A stretch of DNA of 64,000 nt from Kofleriaceae bacterium (GCA_048500355.1 JASNYD010000006.1:224211-288210); one strand, 5' to 3'; positions 32,490-44,597 are shown, counted from the stretch's first letter. Notes: generated from the sequence alone by a model not told the origin. Numbers and translations are program-made.

Positions 32490-32831
32490 TCACGGCTCGA
32501 GGAACGGACAGCGCCGGAGCCCGGCCCGGGCCAGGGCCTCGGCGACCAGCGGCCCGCGCTCCGCCGGCGCGACCTGCATCAGGGTGGCCAGGAGGCGGGC
32601 CGCCTCCGGCGTCCGGATCCGTTCGGCGATCTCGCGCAGCGCCTCGACCCGGCGCAGCTCCGGCGGCAGGTGATCGCCGCCCTGGCCGGCCCGGCAGATC
32701 ATCTTCATGTCCGCGGTGAACGGATCGTCCGACGGCGAGGAGCACGCCGCGAGGCTCCCCGGTGCGAGGGCGACGAGGCCGACGAGGGCGACCGCGGGCC
32801 AGGAACGTCGCGCGACCATGGGCGGCATCAT
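32490..32831 (-). CDS. small hypothetical lipoprotein
   Basis: MMPPMVARRSWPAVALVGLVALAPGSLAACSSP lipoprotein signal; short, no family recognised. Confidence 0.35.
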   Translation of the reverse strand: MMPPMVARRSWPAVALVGLVALAPGSLAACSSPSDDPFTADMKMICRAGQGGDHLPPELRRVEALREIAERIRTPEAARLLATLMQVAPAERGPLVAEALARAGLRRCPFLEP

Positions 32832-33126
32832 AGGCCGTCGGGCGGCGCTGATCGAGGATGTACCGACGATGATCACGGGCGACGACCCGCTGGCCTTCGT
32901 CGCGCGGGTCGTCGAGCACGCCGGGCTGCGCGCCTGCCTGATCGGCGGTCACGCCGGTGGGGCTGAAGCTGATCGCCCACCGCGCGAAGGATCTGATCGA
33001 TCTCCGGAACCTGCTGGCGCTCCCCGCGCGCGACTGGAGCCACATCGAACGCTGGGCACGAGCGTGGCAGGTCGCAGACCGCCTGGTCGCGCTGCGGGCG
33101 AGCCCGGCCTGAGCCCGGCGCCGCGG

Positions 33127-34215
33127 TCAGCGCGGCGGGCCGCCGGCCTTCTCGAAGTCCCACGCGAAGGCGAGCAGGTCGCAGGGGCCGCCGTACTGGA
33201 CCTCGCCGTCGGCGCCGGTGCCGGTGCGCGCGCCGGTGCCGCGCCGGACGTCGCCGTCCCAGGCCAGGTCGGTGCGGGCCTGGAGCGCGACGACGCACAT
33301 CTCCTGGTCGCCGATGCCCCAGCCGACCTGGACGTCGCGCGGGTTGAGGAAGCCGCAGGTGAAGCGCACCCCGCGGGCGCCGGCGGCGCCGAGATCGAGC
33401 GGCGGATCGATCGCGACGCCGAAGTTCTCGCCGAAGCCGTCGTGGCGCATGATGACCTCGCCGTCGCGCGGACCGCCGGCGATCTCGAGCTGGGCGTAGC
33501 TGCCGAGGCCGTGGTAGTGCGACAGCACGTAGTGCAGCTCGTAGGCGAAGGGCCGGCCGAGCTGGATCTGGTGGGCCTCGTCGAGCAGGCACTCGACGGT
33601 GAACGACGAGCGCGCCATGGGATCGAGGGTGAGGTCGTGGTACTGGATGCGCGCCGGCGCCATCTTGGCTTGCACCTGCGCCGGCGGGATGGTGTGGATC
33701 TGCAGGTTCATCGTCGAGGTCACCGGCTCGGAGCTGGCGTTGAGCAGGTGGCTCGAGCCGATGATGCGGCTGTAGGGCGGGATGCGGATCGCGCTGCCCT
33801 CGGGCAGGGCCTGGGTCTCGGCCTCGGACTGGGTCGACAGCGCGAACAGGTAGCCGCCGACCACCGCGGCGTTGAGCTCGGCGAAGCCGTGGTCGCTGCA
33901 GCGCCAGGTGCCGTCGGGCAGCGGGTAGAGGTTGTCGGGCACGAAGAACCAGTTGGCGTGGTGGTAGGCGCCGCCGTTCTGCTCGGTGACCGCGTTGACC
34001 CAGAGCTCGGTCGGGTTGTCGAGGGTCCAGCTCTGGCAGGTGTCCTCGTCCTCGACCCCGCCCGGGATCGTGACCGTCGAGACGTCGCGGGCGAACGTGC
34101 ACGGCTCGCGGGTGGGGTCGCAGGGGCCGCCGTCGTCGCCGCCGCAGCCGGCGGCTGGCAGGGCGACGGCCAGGACCACGGACAGGGCGAGGCCGAACGT
34201 CGCGGGTGCGCGCAT
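33127..34215 (-). CDS. hypothetical lipoprotein (beta-rich, Cys-containing)
   Basis: ATG 34215 MRAPATFGLALSVVLAVALPAAGCGG lipobox; non-repetitive natural composition; frames upstream in the ORF track are junk. Confidence 0.6.
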   Translation of the reverse strand: MRAPATFGLALSVVLAVALPAAGCGGDDGGPCDPTREPCTFARDVSTVTIPGGVEDEDTCQSWTLDNPTELWVNAVTEQNGGAYHHANWFFVPDNLYPLPDGTWRCSDHGFAELNAAVVGGYLFALSTQSEAETQALPEGSAIRIPPYSRIIGSSHLLNASSEPVTSTMNLQIHTIPPAQVQAKMAPARIQYHDLTLDPMARSSFTVECLLDEAHQIQLGRPFAYELHYVLSHYHGLGSYAQLEIAGGPRDGEVIMRHDGFGENFGVAIDPPLDLGAAGARGVRFTCGFLNPRDVQVGWGIGDQEMCVVALQARTDLAWDGDVRRGTGARTGTGADGEVQYGGPCDLLAFAWDFEKAGGPPR

Positions 34216-34394
34216 GGTGACACCGTACCCCAACCGCCCCGGCTTCTCAGCAGAGATCCGCGCGAGTCCCGGCAGCAGCCGGTGATGCAGAAGGATCCCG
34301 GCGGGCTCGGGCACCGGCACGCACGGTTGCGCCCGGGACACAGCGCGACGAAGCACGCGCGCGCCGCCGTCGGGATCGATCGCGGCCGCCGCAG

Positions 34395-36179
34395 TCAGCC
34401 GCGCCGCGGCGGTCCGCCCGCGACCTGGGTCGGCTCGGCGTCGTCGAGATCGCGGAGGGCGGCGTCGACGGCGGCCTCGGTGGCGGCCGCCGACAGGCGG
34501 GCGGGCGGCGCCGGCGGCGGCACGGTCTTGCCCTTGGAGCGCGGCGGGGTGTCGGCGAGCGGCGGCAGGGTCGGGAGCGACGCCGGGCGCACGCGCCGCG
34601 GCGGCAGCTCGGCCTCGAGCGTGATCGCCGGCGGCTCGGGCTCGGGATCGGGCGCGGGCGCCGGCTCGCGAGCCTCGGGCAGCGCCGCCGCCGCGGCCGC
34701 CTCCTCGATCACGCCCGAGGTGCCGGGCGCCAGCGCCTCGATCACGATCTCGGGCTCGGACACCGCCGTGTCGGCGTCGGTGTCGAGCCGCAGCGGCGGC
34801 GCCGCCGCGACCTCGACCGCGGCGTCGGCCGCGAGCTCGACCGCGGCCGCGGCCACCGGCGGCGGCACGGTCGCGCGCCCGCGGGTGATGACCCCGGCGG
34901 CCGGCGCCAGCTCGTCGGCCACCGGCGGCGGCGCCGTCGCGCGCCCCCGGCTCGCGGGCACCGGCGCGGTCGCCGCGCCGCCCGGCCCCGTCCCGGCGCC
35001 CACCGCCGTCGCGTCGTCGAGCAGCCCGAGCGGCGCGAACACCTCGCGCTGCGCCGCCGGCAGGGCCTCGAGCTTGCCGACCAGCTCGGCCCGCGACAGG
35101 AAGATCTCCTCGCGGCGATCGCCGCCGAGCAGGCGCTTGAGCACCAGCTCGCGCGGCGACAGCGAGTGTGCCGCGATCTCGTGCACCACCGGCGCCATCA
35201 CCGCCACCAGGCGCTCGACCAGCACCGCCGGCTGCTCGTGGCTGGCCAGCGGCTTGCCGTCGAGGATCGCCGACACCAGGCCGGTGCGCGTGGCCCGCAG
35301 GCCGTCGACGGCGGCCTCCAGCTTGGCCGCCAGGCCGCGCAGTCCGGTCAGGTCGCGCTCGTCGGTGGGGAAGCTGCCGTCGGCCTCGCCCTTGCCGGCG
35401 CGTTCGACCGCCACGTCGCCGTCGCGGGCCACGGTGACGTCGAAGCCGGCGGCGCCGGCCTCGAGGCTGGCGCGCAGGCGCATCACGACCCCGCCGCCGG
35501 CCACGCTGGCCAGGGTCACGTGGTGCCGCCCCAGCTTGTGCGGCACGCGCTTGACCTCCTTCTTGAGCCAGCCCGCGGTCTCCGGCGCGTGGATCTCGAC
35601 GCCTTCGGCGAGCCGGTCGACCCGCAGCTCGCCGGCGAACAGCGAGCCGGCCGGGATCTCGAGGGCCAGCGTGGCCTCGAGCCCGAGCTCGGCGTGCTGG
35701 ATGAGGCGCGCCTCGTACCCGGCCCCGGCCCCGGCCCACTGCACGGTCACGGTCTCCTCGGCGCCCGGCAGGTCGTGGGTGGTGAGCAGCGCGCCCAGGG
35801 CCGACACGCAGCGCTCGCGCAGGCGCTGCAGCTCGGCGACGATCTGCTCCAGCTCCCCACCCTGCCCGCTGCGCACCCGGCCGAGCTCGCGCTGCACCGC
35901 GTCGGTGATGGCCCGGGCCACCGCCGCCGCTGCGCGGTTCACCGGGGCCTCGCCGTGGGACAGGGGCTCGGCGACCTGGAGGGCGGCGCGGCCGAAGGCC
36001 TCGACCTCGCGGGCGGCGTCCTCGGCGGCGCGCTCGCGCTGGGCCCGCCGGTCGCGGGCCTGGCTCAGGCCGGCGTCGGCGGACAGGACGGCGACGCCGA
36101 AGTCGATCGCGTCGCGCAGGAAGGCCAGGTAGTTGATCTCGAGCCTGGACTCGGTCGAATCACCGAAGAGATACCGCAT
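34395..36179 (-). CDS. hypothetical protein with Ala/Pro-rich C-terminal half containing an 11-aa tandem repeat
   Basis: ATG start MRYLFGDSTESRLEINYLAFL, 594 aa; RGRATAPPPVA / RGRATVPPPVA repeats; the N-terminal ~330 aa look globular. Confidence 0.5.
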   Translation of the reverse strand: MRYLFGDSTESRLEINYLAFLRDAIDFGVAVLSADAGLSQARDRRAQRERAAEDAAREVEAFGRAALQVAEPLSHGEAPVNRAAAAVARAITDAVQRELGRVRSGQGGELEQIVAELQRLRERCVSALGALLTTHDLPGAEETVTVQWAGAGAGYEARLIQHAELGLEATLALEIPAGSLFAGELRVDRLAEGVEIHAPETAGWLKKEVKRVPHKLGRHHVTLASVAGGGVVMRLRASLEAGAAGFDVTVARDGDVAVERAGKGEADGSFPTDERDLTGLRGLAAKLEAAVDGLRATRTGLVSAILDGKPLASHEQPAVLVERLVAVMAPVVHEIAAHSLSPRELVLKRLLGGDRREEIFLSRAELVGKLEALPAAQREVFAPLGLLDDATAVGAGTGPGGAATAPVPASRGRATAPPPVADELAPAAGVITRGRATVPPPVAAAAVELAADAAVEVAAAPPLRLDTDADTAVSEPEIVIEALAPGTSGVIEEAAAAAALPEAREPAPAPDPEPEPPAITLEAELPPRRVRPASLPTLPPLADTPPRSKGKTVPPPAPPARLSAAATEAAVDAALRDLDDAEPTQVAGGPPRRG

Positions 36180-36292
36180 GGAGTCACCTCCGCGGTCGAT
36201 GGTAACAGCCCGCCGGCGCTCCTCGCTCTCTGGCGGGGTTTCGGTAACCGCCGCTACGACGCTCGCACCGGCGTTGAGTATGCTGCGCGGTC

Positions 36293-38758
36293 ATGACCGC
36301 ACCTACCCCGATCCTCCCCGCGCGCGCCCGGGTCGTCGTGATCGGCGGCGGCATCATCGGCTGCTCGGTCGCCTACCACCTCGCGCACATGGGGTGGCGG
36401 GACGTGGTCGTGATCGAGCGCGACCGCCTGACCTCGGGCACGACCTGGCACGCGGCCGGCCTCATCGTCACCTTCGGCTCGACCTCGGCGACCTCGACCG
36501 AGCTGCGCACCTACACCCGCGATCTCTACGCGCGGCTGCCGGCCGAGACCGGGCAGGCCACCGGCTTCAAGCCGGTGGGCTTCATCGAGGTCGCGGCCGA
36601 CGCCGACCGGCTCGAGGAGTACCGCCGGGTGTCGGCCTTCAACCGCCTGCACGGGGTCGACGTCCACGAGCTGTCGCCGGCCGAGGTCGGCGCGCTGTTC
36701 CCGCTGGCCCGCACCGACGATCTGCTGGCCGGCTTCTACGTCAAGGAGGACGGCCGCGCCGATCCGGTCGACGTCACGATGGCCCTGGCCCGCGGCGCCC
36801 GCATGCAGGGCGCGACGATCGTCGAGGGCGTGACCGTCACCGGCGTCACCCGCCGCCGCGGCGCGGTCACCGGCGTCACCACCAGCCACGGCGAGGTCGA
36901 GGCCGAGTACGTCGTCAACTGCGCCGGCATGTGGGCGCGGCAGCTCGGCGCGCGCTCCGGCGTCACGATCCCGCTGCAGGCCGCCGAGCACTACTACCTC
37001 ATCACCGAGAAGATCCCGGGGCTGTCGCCGACGTGGCCGGTGCTCGAGGACCCGGGCTCTTGCGGCTACTTCCGCGAGGAGGTGGGCGGCCTCATGATCG
37101 GCCTGTTCGAGCCGGTGTGCGCGCCGTGGCAGGTCGGCGGCGTCCCCGACGACTTCTCGTTCGGCGAGCTGCCTCCCGACTGGGAGCGCATGGCGCCCTA
37201 CGTCGAGCAGGCGATGCGGCGGGTGCCGATCACGCTCGAGACCGGCGTGAAGAAGTTCTTCTGCGGCCCCGAGAGCTTCACCGCCGACCTGCGGCCGGTG
37301 GTGGGCGAGGCGCCCGAGCTCCGCAACTACTTCGTCGCCGCCGGCCTCAACTCGATCGGCATCCTCACCGGCGGCGGGCTCGGGCGCGTCGTCGCCCACT
37401 GGATCATCCACGGCCGCCCCGACGTCGACGTCACGGCGATGAACATCGACCGCCTCCACCCCTACCAGGCCACGCCCGAGTACCGGCGGACGCGCACGGT
37501 CGAGTCGCTGGGGATGGTCTACCAGTGCCACTACCCGACCCGCACGATGCAGACCGCGCGCGGCGCCCGGGTCTCGCCGCTGCACGACCGGCTGGCGGCG
37601 CGCGGCGCGCACTTCCGCGACGTCAGCGGCTGGGAGGGCGCCGACTGGTACGCGCCGCCCGGCGTCACCGTCCCGCCCGAGCGCCTGTCGTGGGGCCGCC
37701 AGCACTGGTTCCCGTGGTGGCAGGCCGAGCACGAGGCCGCGCGCCAGGGCGTGATCGTGATGGACATGTCGTTCATGTCGAAGTTCCTGGTCGAGGGTCG
37801 CGACGCCGGGCCGCTGCTCGACTACCTGTCGGCCAACCACGTCGACGGCGACGCCGGCCAGCTCACCTACACCCAGTGGCTCAACGCCGGCGGCACCCTC
37901 GAGGCCGACCTGACCGTGACCAAGCTCGACGACGAGCGGTTCTGGGTGGTGGCCTCCGACACCGCCCACCGCCACGTCCTGACCTGGATGCGCCGCCACG
38001 CCGGCGATCGCCACGCCTTCGTCGCCGACCAGACCGCGGCCTACGCCCAGCTCAACGTCCAGGGCCCGCGCGCGCGCGAGCTCCTGGCCGCGGTCACCGA
38101 CGCCGACGTCAGCGACGCCGCGTTCCCCTTCCGCGGCGCGCGCGAGCTCGCCCTCGGCTTCGCCCGCGTCCTGTGCATCCGCATCACCTACCTGGGCGAG
38201 CTCGGCTACGAGCTCTACATCCCGACCGAGCAGGCGACCCACGTCTACGATCGCCTGGTCGCCGCCGGCGCCGCGCTCGGCCTGCGCCACGCCGGGCTCA
38301 AGGCCCTGGCCAGCCTGCGCCTGGAGAAGGGCTACCGCGACTACGGCCACGACATCGACAACACCGACACCGTGCTCGAGGCCGGCCTCGGCTTCGCCGT
38401 CGACCTGAAGAAGCCGGGCGGCTTCCTCGGCAAGGAGGCGGTGGTGGCGCAGAAGGCCGCCGGCCCGCTGCGCCGGCGCCTGCTCCAGCTCCTGCTCCGC
38501 GATCCCGAGCCGCTCATGTTCCACGCCGAGGTCGTCCGCCGCGACGGCCACCCGGTCGGCTACGTGCGCGCCGCGTCGTACGGCTTCACCCTGGGCGGCG
38601 CGGTGGGGCTGGCGATGATCGACGGCGGCGGCGCCGTCATCGACCAGGCCTGGATCGACGCCGGGACCTGGGAGGTCGAGATCGCCGATCGCCGCTACCC
38701 GGCGACCGCCTCGCTGCGGCCGCTCTACGACCCGCGCAACGAGCGCATCCGCATGTGA
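36293..38758 (+). CDS. dimethylglycine/sarcosine dehydrogenase-like protein (FAD-dependent oxidoreductase fused to GcvT-type aminomethyltransferase/folate-binding domain)
   Basis: VVVIGGGIIGCSVAYHL FAD Rossmann, HAAGLI, C-terminal GcvT-like domain (YLGELGYELYIP, LRLEKGY). Confidence 0.85.
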   Translation: MTAPTPILPARARVVVIGGGIIGCSVAYHLAHMGWRDVVVIERDRLTSGTTWHAAGLIVTFGSTSATSTELRTYTRDLYARLPAETGQATGFKPVGFIEVAADADRLEEYRRVSAFNRLHGVDVHELSPAEVGALFPLARTDDLLAGFYVKEDGRADPVDVTMALARGARMQGATIVEGVTVTGVTRRRGAVTGVTTSHGEVEAEYVVNCAGMWARQLGARSGVTIPLQAAEHYYLITEKIPGLSPTWPVLEDPGSCGYFREEVGGLMIGLFEPVCAPWQVGGVPDDFSFGELPPDWERMAPYVEQAMRRVPITLETGVKKFFCGPESFTADLRPVVGEAPELRNYFVAAGLNSIGILTGGGLGRVVAHWIIHGRPDVDVTAMNIDRLHPYQATPEYRRTRTVESLGMVYQCHYPTRTMQTARGARVSPLHDRLAARGAHFRDVSGWEGADWYAPPGVTVPPERLSWGRQHWFPWWQAEHEAARQGVIVMDMSFMSKFLVEGRDAGPLLDYLSANHVDGDAGQLTYTQWLNAGGTLEADLTVTKLDDERFWVVASDTAHRHVLTWMRRHAGDRHAFVADQTAAYAQLNVQGPRARELLAAVTDADVSDAAFPFRGARELALGFARVLCIRITYLGELGYELYIPTEQATHVYDRLVAAGAALGLRHAGLKALASLRLEKGYRDYGHDIDNTDTVLEAGLGFAVDLKKPGGFLGKEAVVAQKAAGPLRRRLLQLLLRDPEPLMFHAEVVRRDGHPVGYVRAASYGFTLGGAVGLAMIDGGGAVIDQAWIDAGTWEVEIADRRYPATASLRPLYDPRNERIRM

Positions 38759-38832
38759 TCGCGGCGCCGCGCCCGGGCGCCGCGGCCGCGCCGGCCCTGT
38801 GAGATCCCGGGCTTGCGGCGGCAGCGCAGGCG

Positions 38833-38859
38833 GTCACAAGAGCGTCACGCGCCTGTCAC
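38833..38859 (+). promoter_or_regulatory. Pho-box-like element: three GTCAC direct repeats with 11-bp periodicity upstream of the PhoB-like regulator gene
   Basis: GGTCACAAGAGCGTCACGCGCCTGTCACC; repeat starts at 38833, 38844, 38855 (exact 11-nt spacing), 25-50 nt upstream of ATG 38884. Confidence 0.4.
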
Positions 38860-38883
38860 CGCGGCCGTGCTACGGCTTCGGTC

Positions 38884-39585
38884 ATGCTCGGTCTCTGCCT
38901 CATCATCGAAGACGAGGTCGACCTCGCGACGACGCTCGAGTACAACCTCACCCGCGAGGGCTACCAGGTGCGCGTCGCCCACAGCGGTCGCGCCGGGCTC
39001 GACCTCGCCCTCACCGAGCCCACGCCCGACGTGATCGTGCTCGACCTGATGCTCCCGGACCTGTCGGGCACCGAGGTCTGCCGCCGCCTGCGCGAGCACG
39101 AGCGCACCCGCGACATCCCGATCGTCATGTGCACGGCCAAGGGCAGCGAGATCGACCGGGTGGTCGGCTTCGAGGTCGGCGCCGACGACTACGTGGTCAA
39201 GCCCTACAGCGTGCGCGAGGTCGTGCTCCGCATCCGCGCCCTGCTCCGCCGCGCCCAGAAGTCGGAGACCGAGCCCGAGACCCTGCGCTTCGGCCGGCTG
39301 CGGGTGGATCGTGAGGCCCACCGCGCCTGGGTCGACGAGGACGAGGTGGCGCTGACCGCGCTCGAGTTCCGCCTGCTCTACAACTTCCTGTCGCGCAAGG
39401 GCCGGGTCCAGACCCGCGAGACGCTCCTGTCGGACGTCTGGGGCATCGACGCCGACGTCACCACCCGCACCGTCGACACCCACGTCAAGCGCCTGCGCGA
39501 GAAGCTCGGCGACGCCGGCCAGTACATCGAGACCCTGCGCGGCGTCGGCTACCGCTTCCGCGATCAGCCGGACGAGGCGGCCTGA
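38884..39585 (+). CDS. OmpR/PhoB-family response regulator (likely phosphate regulon regulator)
   Basis: Receiver domain (DLMLPD), winged-helix C-terminus (LTALEFRLLYNF, RTVDTHVKRLREKL, GVGYRF); genomic context with the sensor kinase and pstSCAB. Confidence 0.9.
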   Translation: MLGLCLIIEDEVDLATTLEYNLTREGYQVRVAHSGRAGLDLALTEPTPDVIVLDLMLPDLSGTEVCRRLREHERTRDIPIVMCTAKGSEIDRVVGFEVGADDYVVKPYSVREVVLRIRALLRRAQKSETEPETLRFGRLRVDREAHRAWVDEDEVALTALEFRLLYNFLSRKGRVQTRETLLSDVWGIDADVTTRTVDTHVKRLREKLGDAGQYIETLRGVGYRFRDQPDEAA

Positions 39586-39652
39586 GCGCGCCGACGTGAT
39601 CTCGCGCCGGCCCGGGCGGCGCGCGGCGGGCTAGGGCAGACTGGGGGGCGAG

Positions 39653-41485
39653 ATGAACCTCGGCATCGGCTCGAAGCTGTTCCTGGCCTCGGTCGGCGTC
39701 ATCGTCGTGGTCGAGGCCACGGCCGCCGTGGTGCTGCGCGCCGAGGTCCGCAAGACGCTCGAGGCGACGACGATCGCCGACCTGGTCCGCCAGGCCGAGA
39801 GCGCGCGCATCAGCCTGGAGAAGACGCCGGACCTCGACGGCGCCGCCGGCCAGGCCCTGGCCCTGCGCCTGGCCCAGGCCACCGGCGCCGAGGTCGAGGT
39901 CTTCGACGCCGAGGGCCGCGTCCTCGCCGACACCCACCCCGGCAGCATCGGCGACGTCCTGTCGCTGCCCGAGGTCGCGGCCGCCCTCGATCCCGAGCGC
40001 CGCGGCGGCAGCGCCCGGCGCGGCGGCCGCATCCTGGTGGCCCGCCCCTTCCGCTACGGCGACGGCGCCGGCGTGGTGCGGCTGGCCGCCACCCGCGAGG
40101 AGATCGAGCGCGCCTACGATCGGCTGTGGGTGCTGCTCTCGATCGGCGCCGGCATCGGGCTGGCGGTCGCGGTCGGCATGACGCTCGTCGCCACCACCCT
40201 CATCCGCCGCTCGTTGCGCCGCCTCGCCGCCGCGGCCGGCCAGGTCGCCGCCGGCGGCCCCCACCGGGTCGAGGTCGCCGCCCACGGCGAGATCGGGGAG
40301 GTCGGCGACTTCATCAACCGCATGGCCGACGACGCCGAGCGCACGGTGCGGGCGCTGGTGGCCGAGCGCGCGCTCCTGGGCTCGGTGCTCGACGGCATGA
40401 GCCAGGGCGTGATCGCCCTCGACGCCGACCGCCGCATGACCCTCATCAACCCGGCGGCGCGCGAGATGCTCGACCTGGGCGGCGTCCCCCTGGGCGAGGC
40501 CTTCATCGATCAGGTGCGCAACCCGGCGGTGCTCGCCCTGGTCGAGCGCGCCGACGCCGGCGGCAGCGCCGAGCTCACGACCGCCGCCGGCACCCGGATC
40601 GCGGCCCGGGTCGCGCCCCAGCGCGGCAGCCGCGGTTGCATCCTGGTGCTCGAGGACGTGACCGCGGTGCGCCGGCTGGAGACCATCCGCCGCGACTTCG
40701 TGGCCAACGTCAGCCACGAGCTGCGCACGCCGGTCAGCGTGATCCGCGCCAACGCCGAGACCCTGCTGTCCGGCGCCAAGGACGACCCCGCGTTCGCCGG
40801 CCGCCTGATCGACGGCCTGCACCGCAACGCCGAGCGCCTGGCCCGCATCCTCGCCGATCTCCTCGACCTGTCGCGGCTCGAGGCCGGGCAGTACCGGCTG
40901 GAGCCGGCGCCGGCCGCGCTGGCCGCCGCCGCCCAGCAGGCGGCGAGCGCGCTCGAGATCAAGGCCACCGCCCGCGAGGTCGCCGTGGTCGTCGAGCTCG
41001 CGCCCGAGCTGCGGGCGCTGGCCGACGCCAAGGCCCTCGACCAGATCCTCGTCAACCTGATCGACAACGCGATCAAGTACACGCGCGCGCGCGGCCACGT
41101 CTGGATCCGCGGCCGGGTCCGCGGCGAGCGGGTGCGGCTCGAGGTCGCCGACGACGGGCCCGGCATCGCCGCCCACCACCGCGAGCGCATCTTCGAGCGC
41201 TTCTACCGCGTCGACCCCGGGCGGGCCCGCGACGTCGGCGGCACCGGCCTCGGCCTGTCGATCGTCAAGCACCTGGTCGAGTCCATGGGCGGCGCGGTGG
41301 GCGTCGAGGGCCACGACCCCGGGGGCACGGTGTTCTGGGTCGAGCTGCCGCGGGCGCCGGCGGCCGCGCCGCCCGCCGCCCCGCCGCCCGCCGCCCCGCC
41401 CGCCGACGCCACCGACCCCGCCGACCCGGCCGCCGACCCGCCCGCCGACCCGCCCGCCGACCCGCCCGCCGGGCAAACGGAGTAA
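39653..41485 (+). CDS. sensor histidine kinase (PhoR-like: TM-HAMP-PAS-HisKA-HATPase)
   Basis: H-box [14 protein letters not shown] boxes ([26 protein letters not shown]); Pro/Ala/Asp-rich C-terminal tail. Confidence 0.9.
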   Translation: MNLGIGSKLFLASVGVIVVVEATAAVVLRAEVRKTLEATTIADLVRQAESARISLEKTPDLDGAAGQALALRLAQATGAEVEVFDAEGRVLADTHPGSIGDVLSLPEVAAALDPERRGGSARRGGRILVARPFRYGDGAGVVRLAATREEIERAYDRLWVLLSIGAGIGLAVAVGMTLVATTLIRRSLRRLAAAAGQVAAGGPHRVEVAAHGEIGEVGDFINRMADDAERTVRALVAERALLGSVLDGMSQGVIALDADRRMTLINPAAREMLDLGGVPLGEAFIDQVRNPAVLALVERADAGGSAELTTAAGTRIAARVAPQRGSRGCILVLEDVTAVRRLETIRRDFVANVSHELRTPVSVIRANAETLLSGAKDDPAFAGRLIDGLHRNAERLARILADLLDLSRLEAGQYRLEPAPAALAAAAQQAASALEIKATAREVAVVVELAPELRALADAKALDQILVNLIDNAIKYTRARGHVWIRGRVRGERVRLEVADDGPGIAAHHRERIFERFYRVDPGRARDVGGTGLGLSIVKHLVESMGGAVGVEGHDPGGTVFWVELPRAPAAAPPAAPPPAAPPADATDPADPAADPPADPPADPPAGQTE

Positions 41486-41494
41486 CGTCGGCCC

Positions 41495-42348
41495 ATGCGC
41501 ACCCGCCCGTCCACGCCCGCGGTCGCCGCGGCCCTGGCCCTGGCCGCGCTCGTCGCCTGCCAGGGCGGCGGCAAGCAGGCGGCGCCCGTCGCCCGGTCGT
41601 CCGACGCCACCCCCGCGCCACCGCCGGGGGACGGCGACGCCGCCGCGCCCGCGCTGACCGCGGTCGACCGCGGCGCCGAGGCCCGCGCCGTGTTCGCCAC
41701 CTGGAACGCGGCCGACGCCGTGACCCGGCTCCACGCCGAGGCCCACCCTCGCTTCCGCCAGAGCGTGAAGCTCGACGAGCTCGAGATCTTCCACGGCGAC
41801 TTCACCGCGCTGCTCGGCCGCTTCGTCGAGGTGACGACCACCACCAACCTGCGGCGGCAGGCGCCCGACGGGACGATCGAGGACATGGTCTTCGGCGAGG
41901 CCCGCTTCGAGCGCGGGCCGGCCGCGTACGAGCTGGTGCTGGTCGAGGACGGCGGCGTGCTCCGCCTCCACAACTTCAAGCTCGACGTGCCGCGCGCGTC
42001 CCGGCCGCCGGTCGATCGCGCCGCCGGCCGCGCCGTCGCCCGCGCCGCCGCCGACGCCGTCCTCGCCGCCGACTACCCGGCCCTCGACGCCCTCAGCCTG
42101 CCGCGCATCCGCGCCGGTCGCACGCCCGACGACACCGCGGTGCTGAAGCAGCGCCTGGCCGAGCTCGGCGGCCGCGCCCGCCTCGAGCTGGTCGCCGACA
42201 AGGAGTGCGGCGAGCTCCAGCACTGCATGGACTACCGCGCCGTCGGCGGCAAGGGCGGCGCCGCCCTCACGATCTGGGTCTCGGCCCCGCTCGGCCGCTG
42301 GCGGGTCAACCACTGGAGCTTCACCCCCGACGAGGACCGGAGGACACC

Positions 42349-42352
<4 letters not shown>
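41495..42352 (+). CDS. hypothetical lipoprotein
   Basis: [25 protein letters not shown] lipobox; 285 aa. Confidence 0.6.
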
Positions 42353-43458
<1,106 letters not shown>

Positions 43459-43527
43459 GGCGCCCCGGATCCCGCCGATCGCGCCCGGGAATCGCAAGCA
43501 TTCCAGGCACTCCGGGCGCGCAGCGAT

Positions 43528-43580
43528 GTGTCGCATCGCCGTGACCTGGCTGTCACACAGGCTCCCTAGGGTGCCTGTCG
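43528..43580 (+). promoter_or_regulatory. candidate Pho box / PhoB-binding region upstream of pstS
   Basis: TGTCGC...GTGACCTGGCTGTCACAC...CTGTCG immediately 5' of pstS ATG; TGTCAC-type half-sites and GTGAC/GTCAC inverted pair; spacing less regular than the element before the regulator gene. Confidence 0.3.
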
Positions 43581-44597
43581 ATGCGTCGCACCGCTGTCAC
43601 GCTCACCCTCCTGGTGTCGGCCCTGGCCGTCGCCGCCTCCGGCTGCTCCAAGCGCAAGGCCAAGGGCGGCACGATCAAGATCGACGGCTCGAGCACGGTC
43701 TTCCCGCTGTCGGCGGCGGTCGCCGAGACCTTCGCCAAGCAGCGCGGCGGCGACGCCTCGGTCGGCGCGTCGGGCACCGGCGGCGGCTTCAAGAAGTTCT
43801 GCCGCGGCGAGATCGACATCGCCGGCGCCTCGCGCCCCATCAAGGCGACGGAGGTCGAGGAGTGCAAGAAGGCCGGGATCGAGTGGATCGAGCTGCCGGT
43901 CGCCTACGACGGCCTGGCGGTGGTGGTGCACCCCAAGAACGACTGGGTCGACCACTTCACCGTCGACGAGCTCAAGAGGATCTGGCAGCCCGAGGCCCAG
44001 GGCAAGATCACGAGCTGGTCGCAGGTCCGCGACGGCTGGCCCGACCGTCCGCTGCGCCTGGCCGGCGCCGGCGTCGACTCCGGCACCTACGACTACTTCA
44101 CCCAGGCCATCGTCGGCAAGGAGCACTCCAGCCGCGGTGACTTCGCCCAGAGCGAGGACGACAACACCCTGGTCCAGGCGGTCTCCGGCGACGAGAACAC
44201 GATGGCGTTCTTCGGCTACGCCTACTACGCCGAGAACAAGGACAAGCTGAAGGTCGTCCCCATCGAGGACGGCAACCCCGACAACGGCGCCGGCCCGATC
44301 GCCCCCAGCCCCCAGACCGTGGTCGACGGCACCTACCAGCCGCTGTCGCGGCCGATCTTCATCTACGTCTCGGTCAACGCCGCCAGGAAGCCCGAGGTCG
44401 ACAAGTTCATCGGCTTCTACCTCGCGCAGTCGACCGAGCTCGCGGCCAAGGTCGGCTACGTCGGCCTGCCGGCCAAGGTGGTCGAGCTGGCCACGGGCCG
44501 GTACCAGGCCCGCACGACCGGGTCGATCTTCCGCGGCGGCTCGATGGTGGGCGTGACCCTGGAGAAGCTGCTGGCCGCCGAGGGTGGCGGTGGCTGA
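43581..44597 (+). CDS. pstS: phosphate ABC transporter substrate-binding lipoprotein
   Basis: Lipobox AASGCSK; PstS family motifs ([24 protein letters not shown]). Confidence 0.9.
   Translation: MRRTAVTLTLLVSALAVAASGCSKRKAKGGTIKIDGSSTVFPLSAAVAETFAKQRGGDASVGASGTGGGFKKFCRGEIDIAGASRPIKATEVEECKKAGIEWIELPVAYDGLAVVVHPKNDWVDHFTVDELKRIWQPEAQGKITSWSQVRDGWPDRPLRLAGAGVDSGTYDYFTQAIVGKEHSSRGDFAQSEDDNTLVQAVSGDENTMAFFGYAYYAENKDKLKVVPIEDGNPDNGAGPIAPSPQTVVDGTYQPLSRPIFIYVSVNAARKPEVDKFIGFYLAQSTELAAKVGYVGLPAKVVELATGRYQARTTGSIFRGGSMVGVTLEKLLAAEGGGG

Noticed and set aside
36254-38551. 765-aa minus-strand ORF antisense to the dimethylglycine-dehydrogenase-like gene
   Set aside because: Composition dominated by G/A/R/D with no motifs, and the opposite strand has a clear FAD/GcvT homolog.
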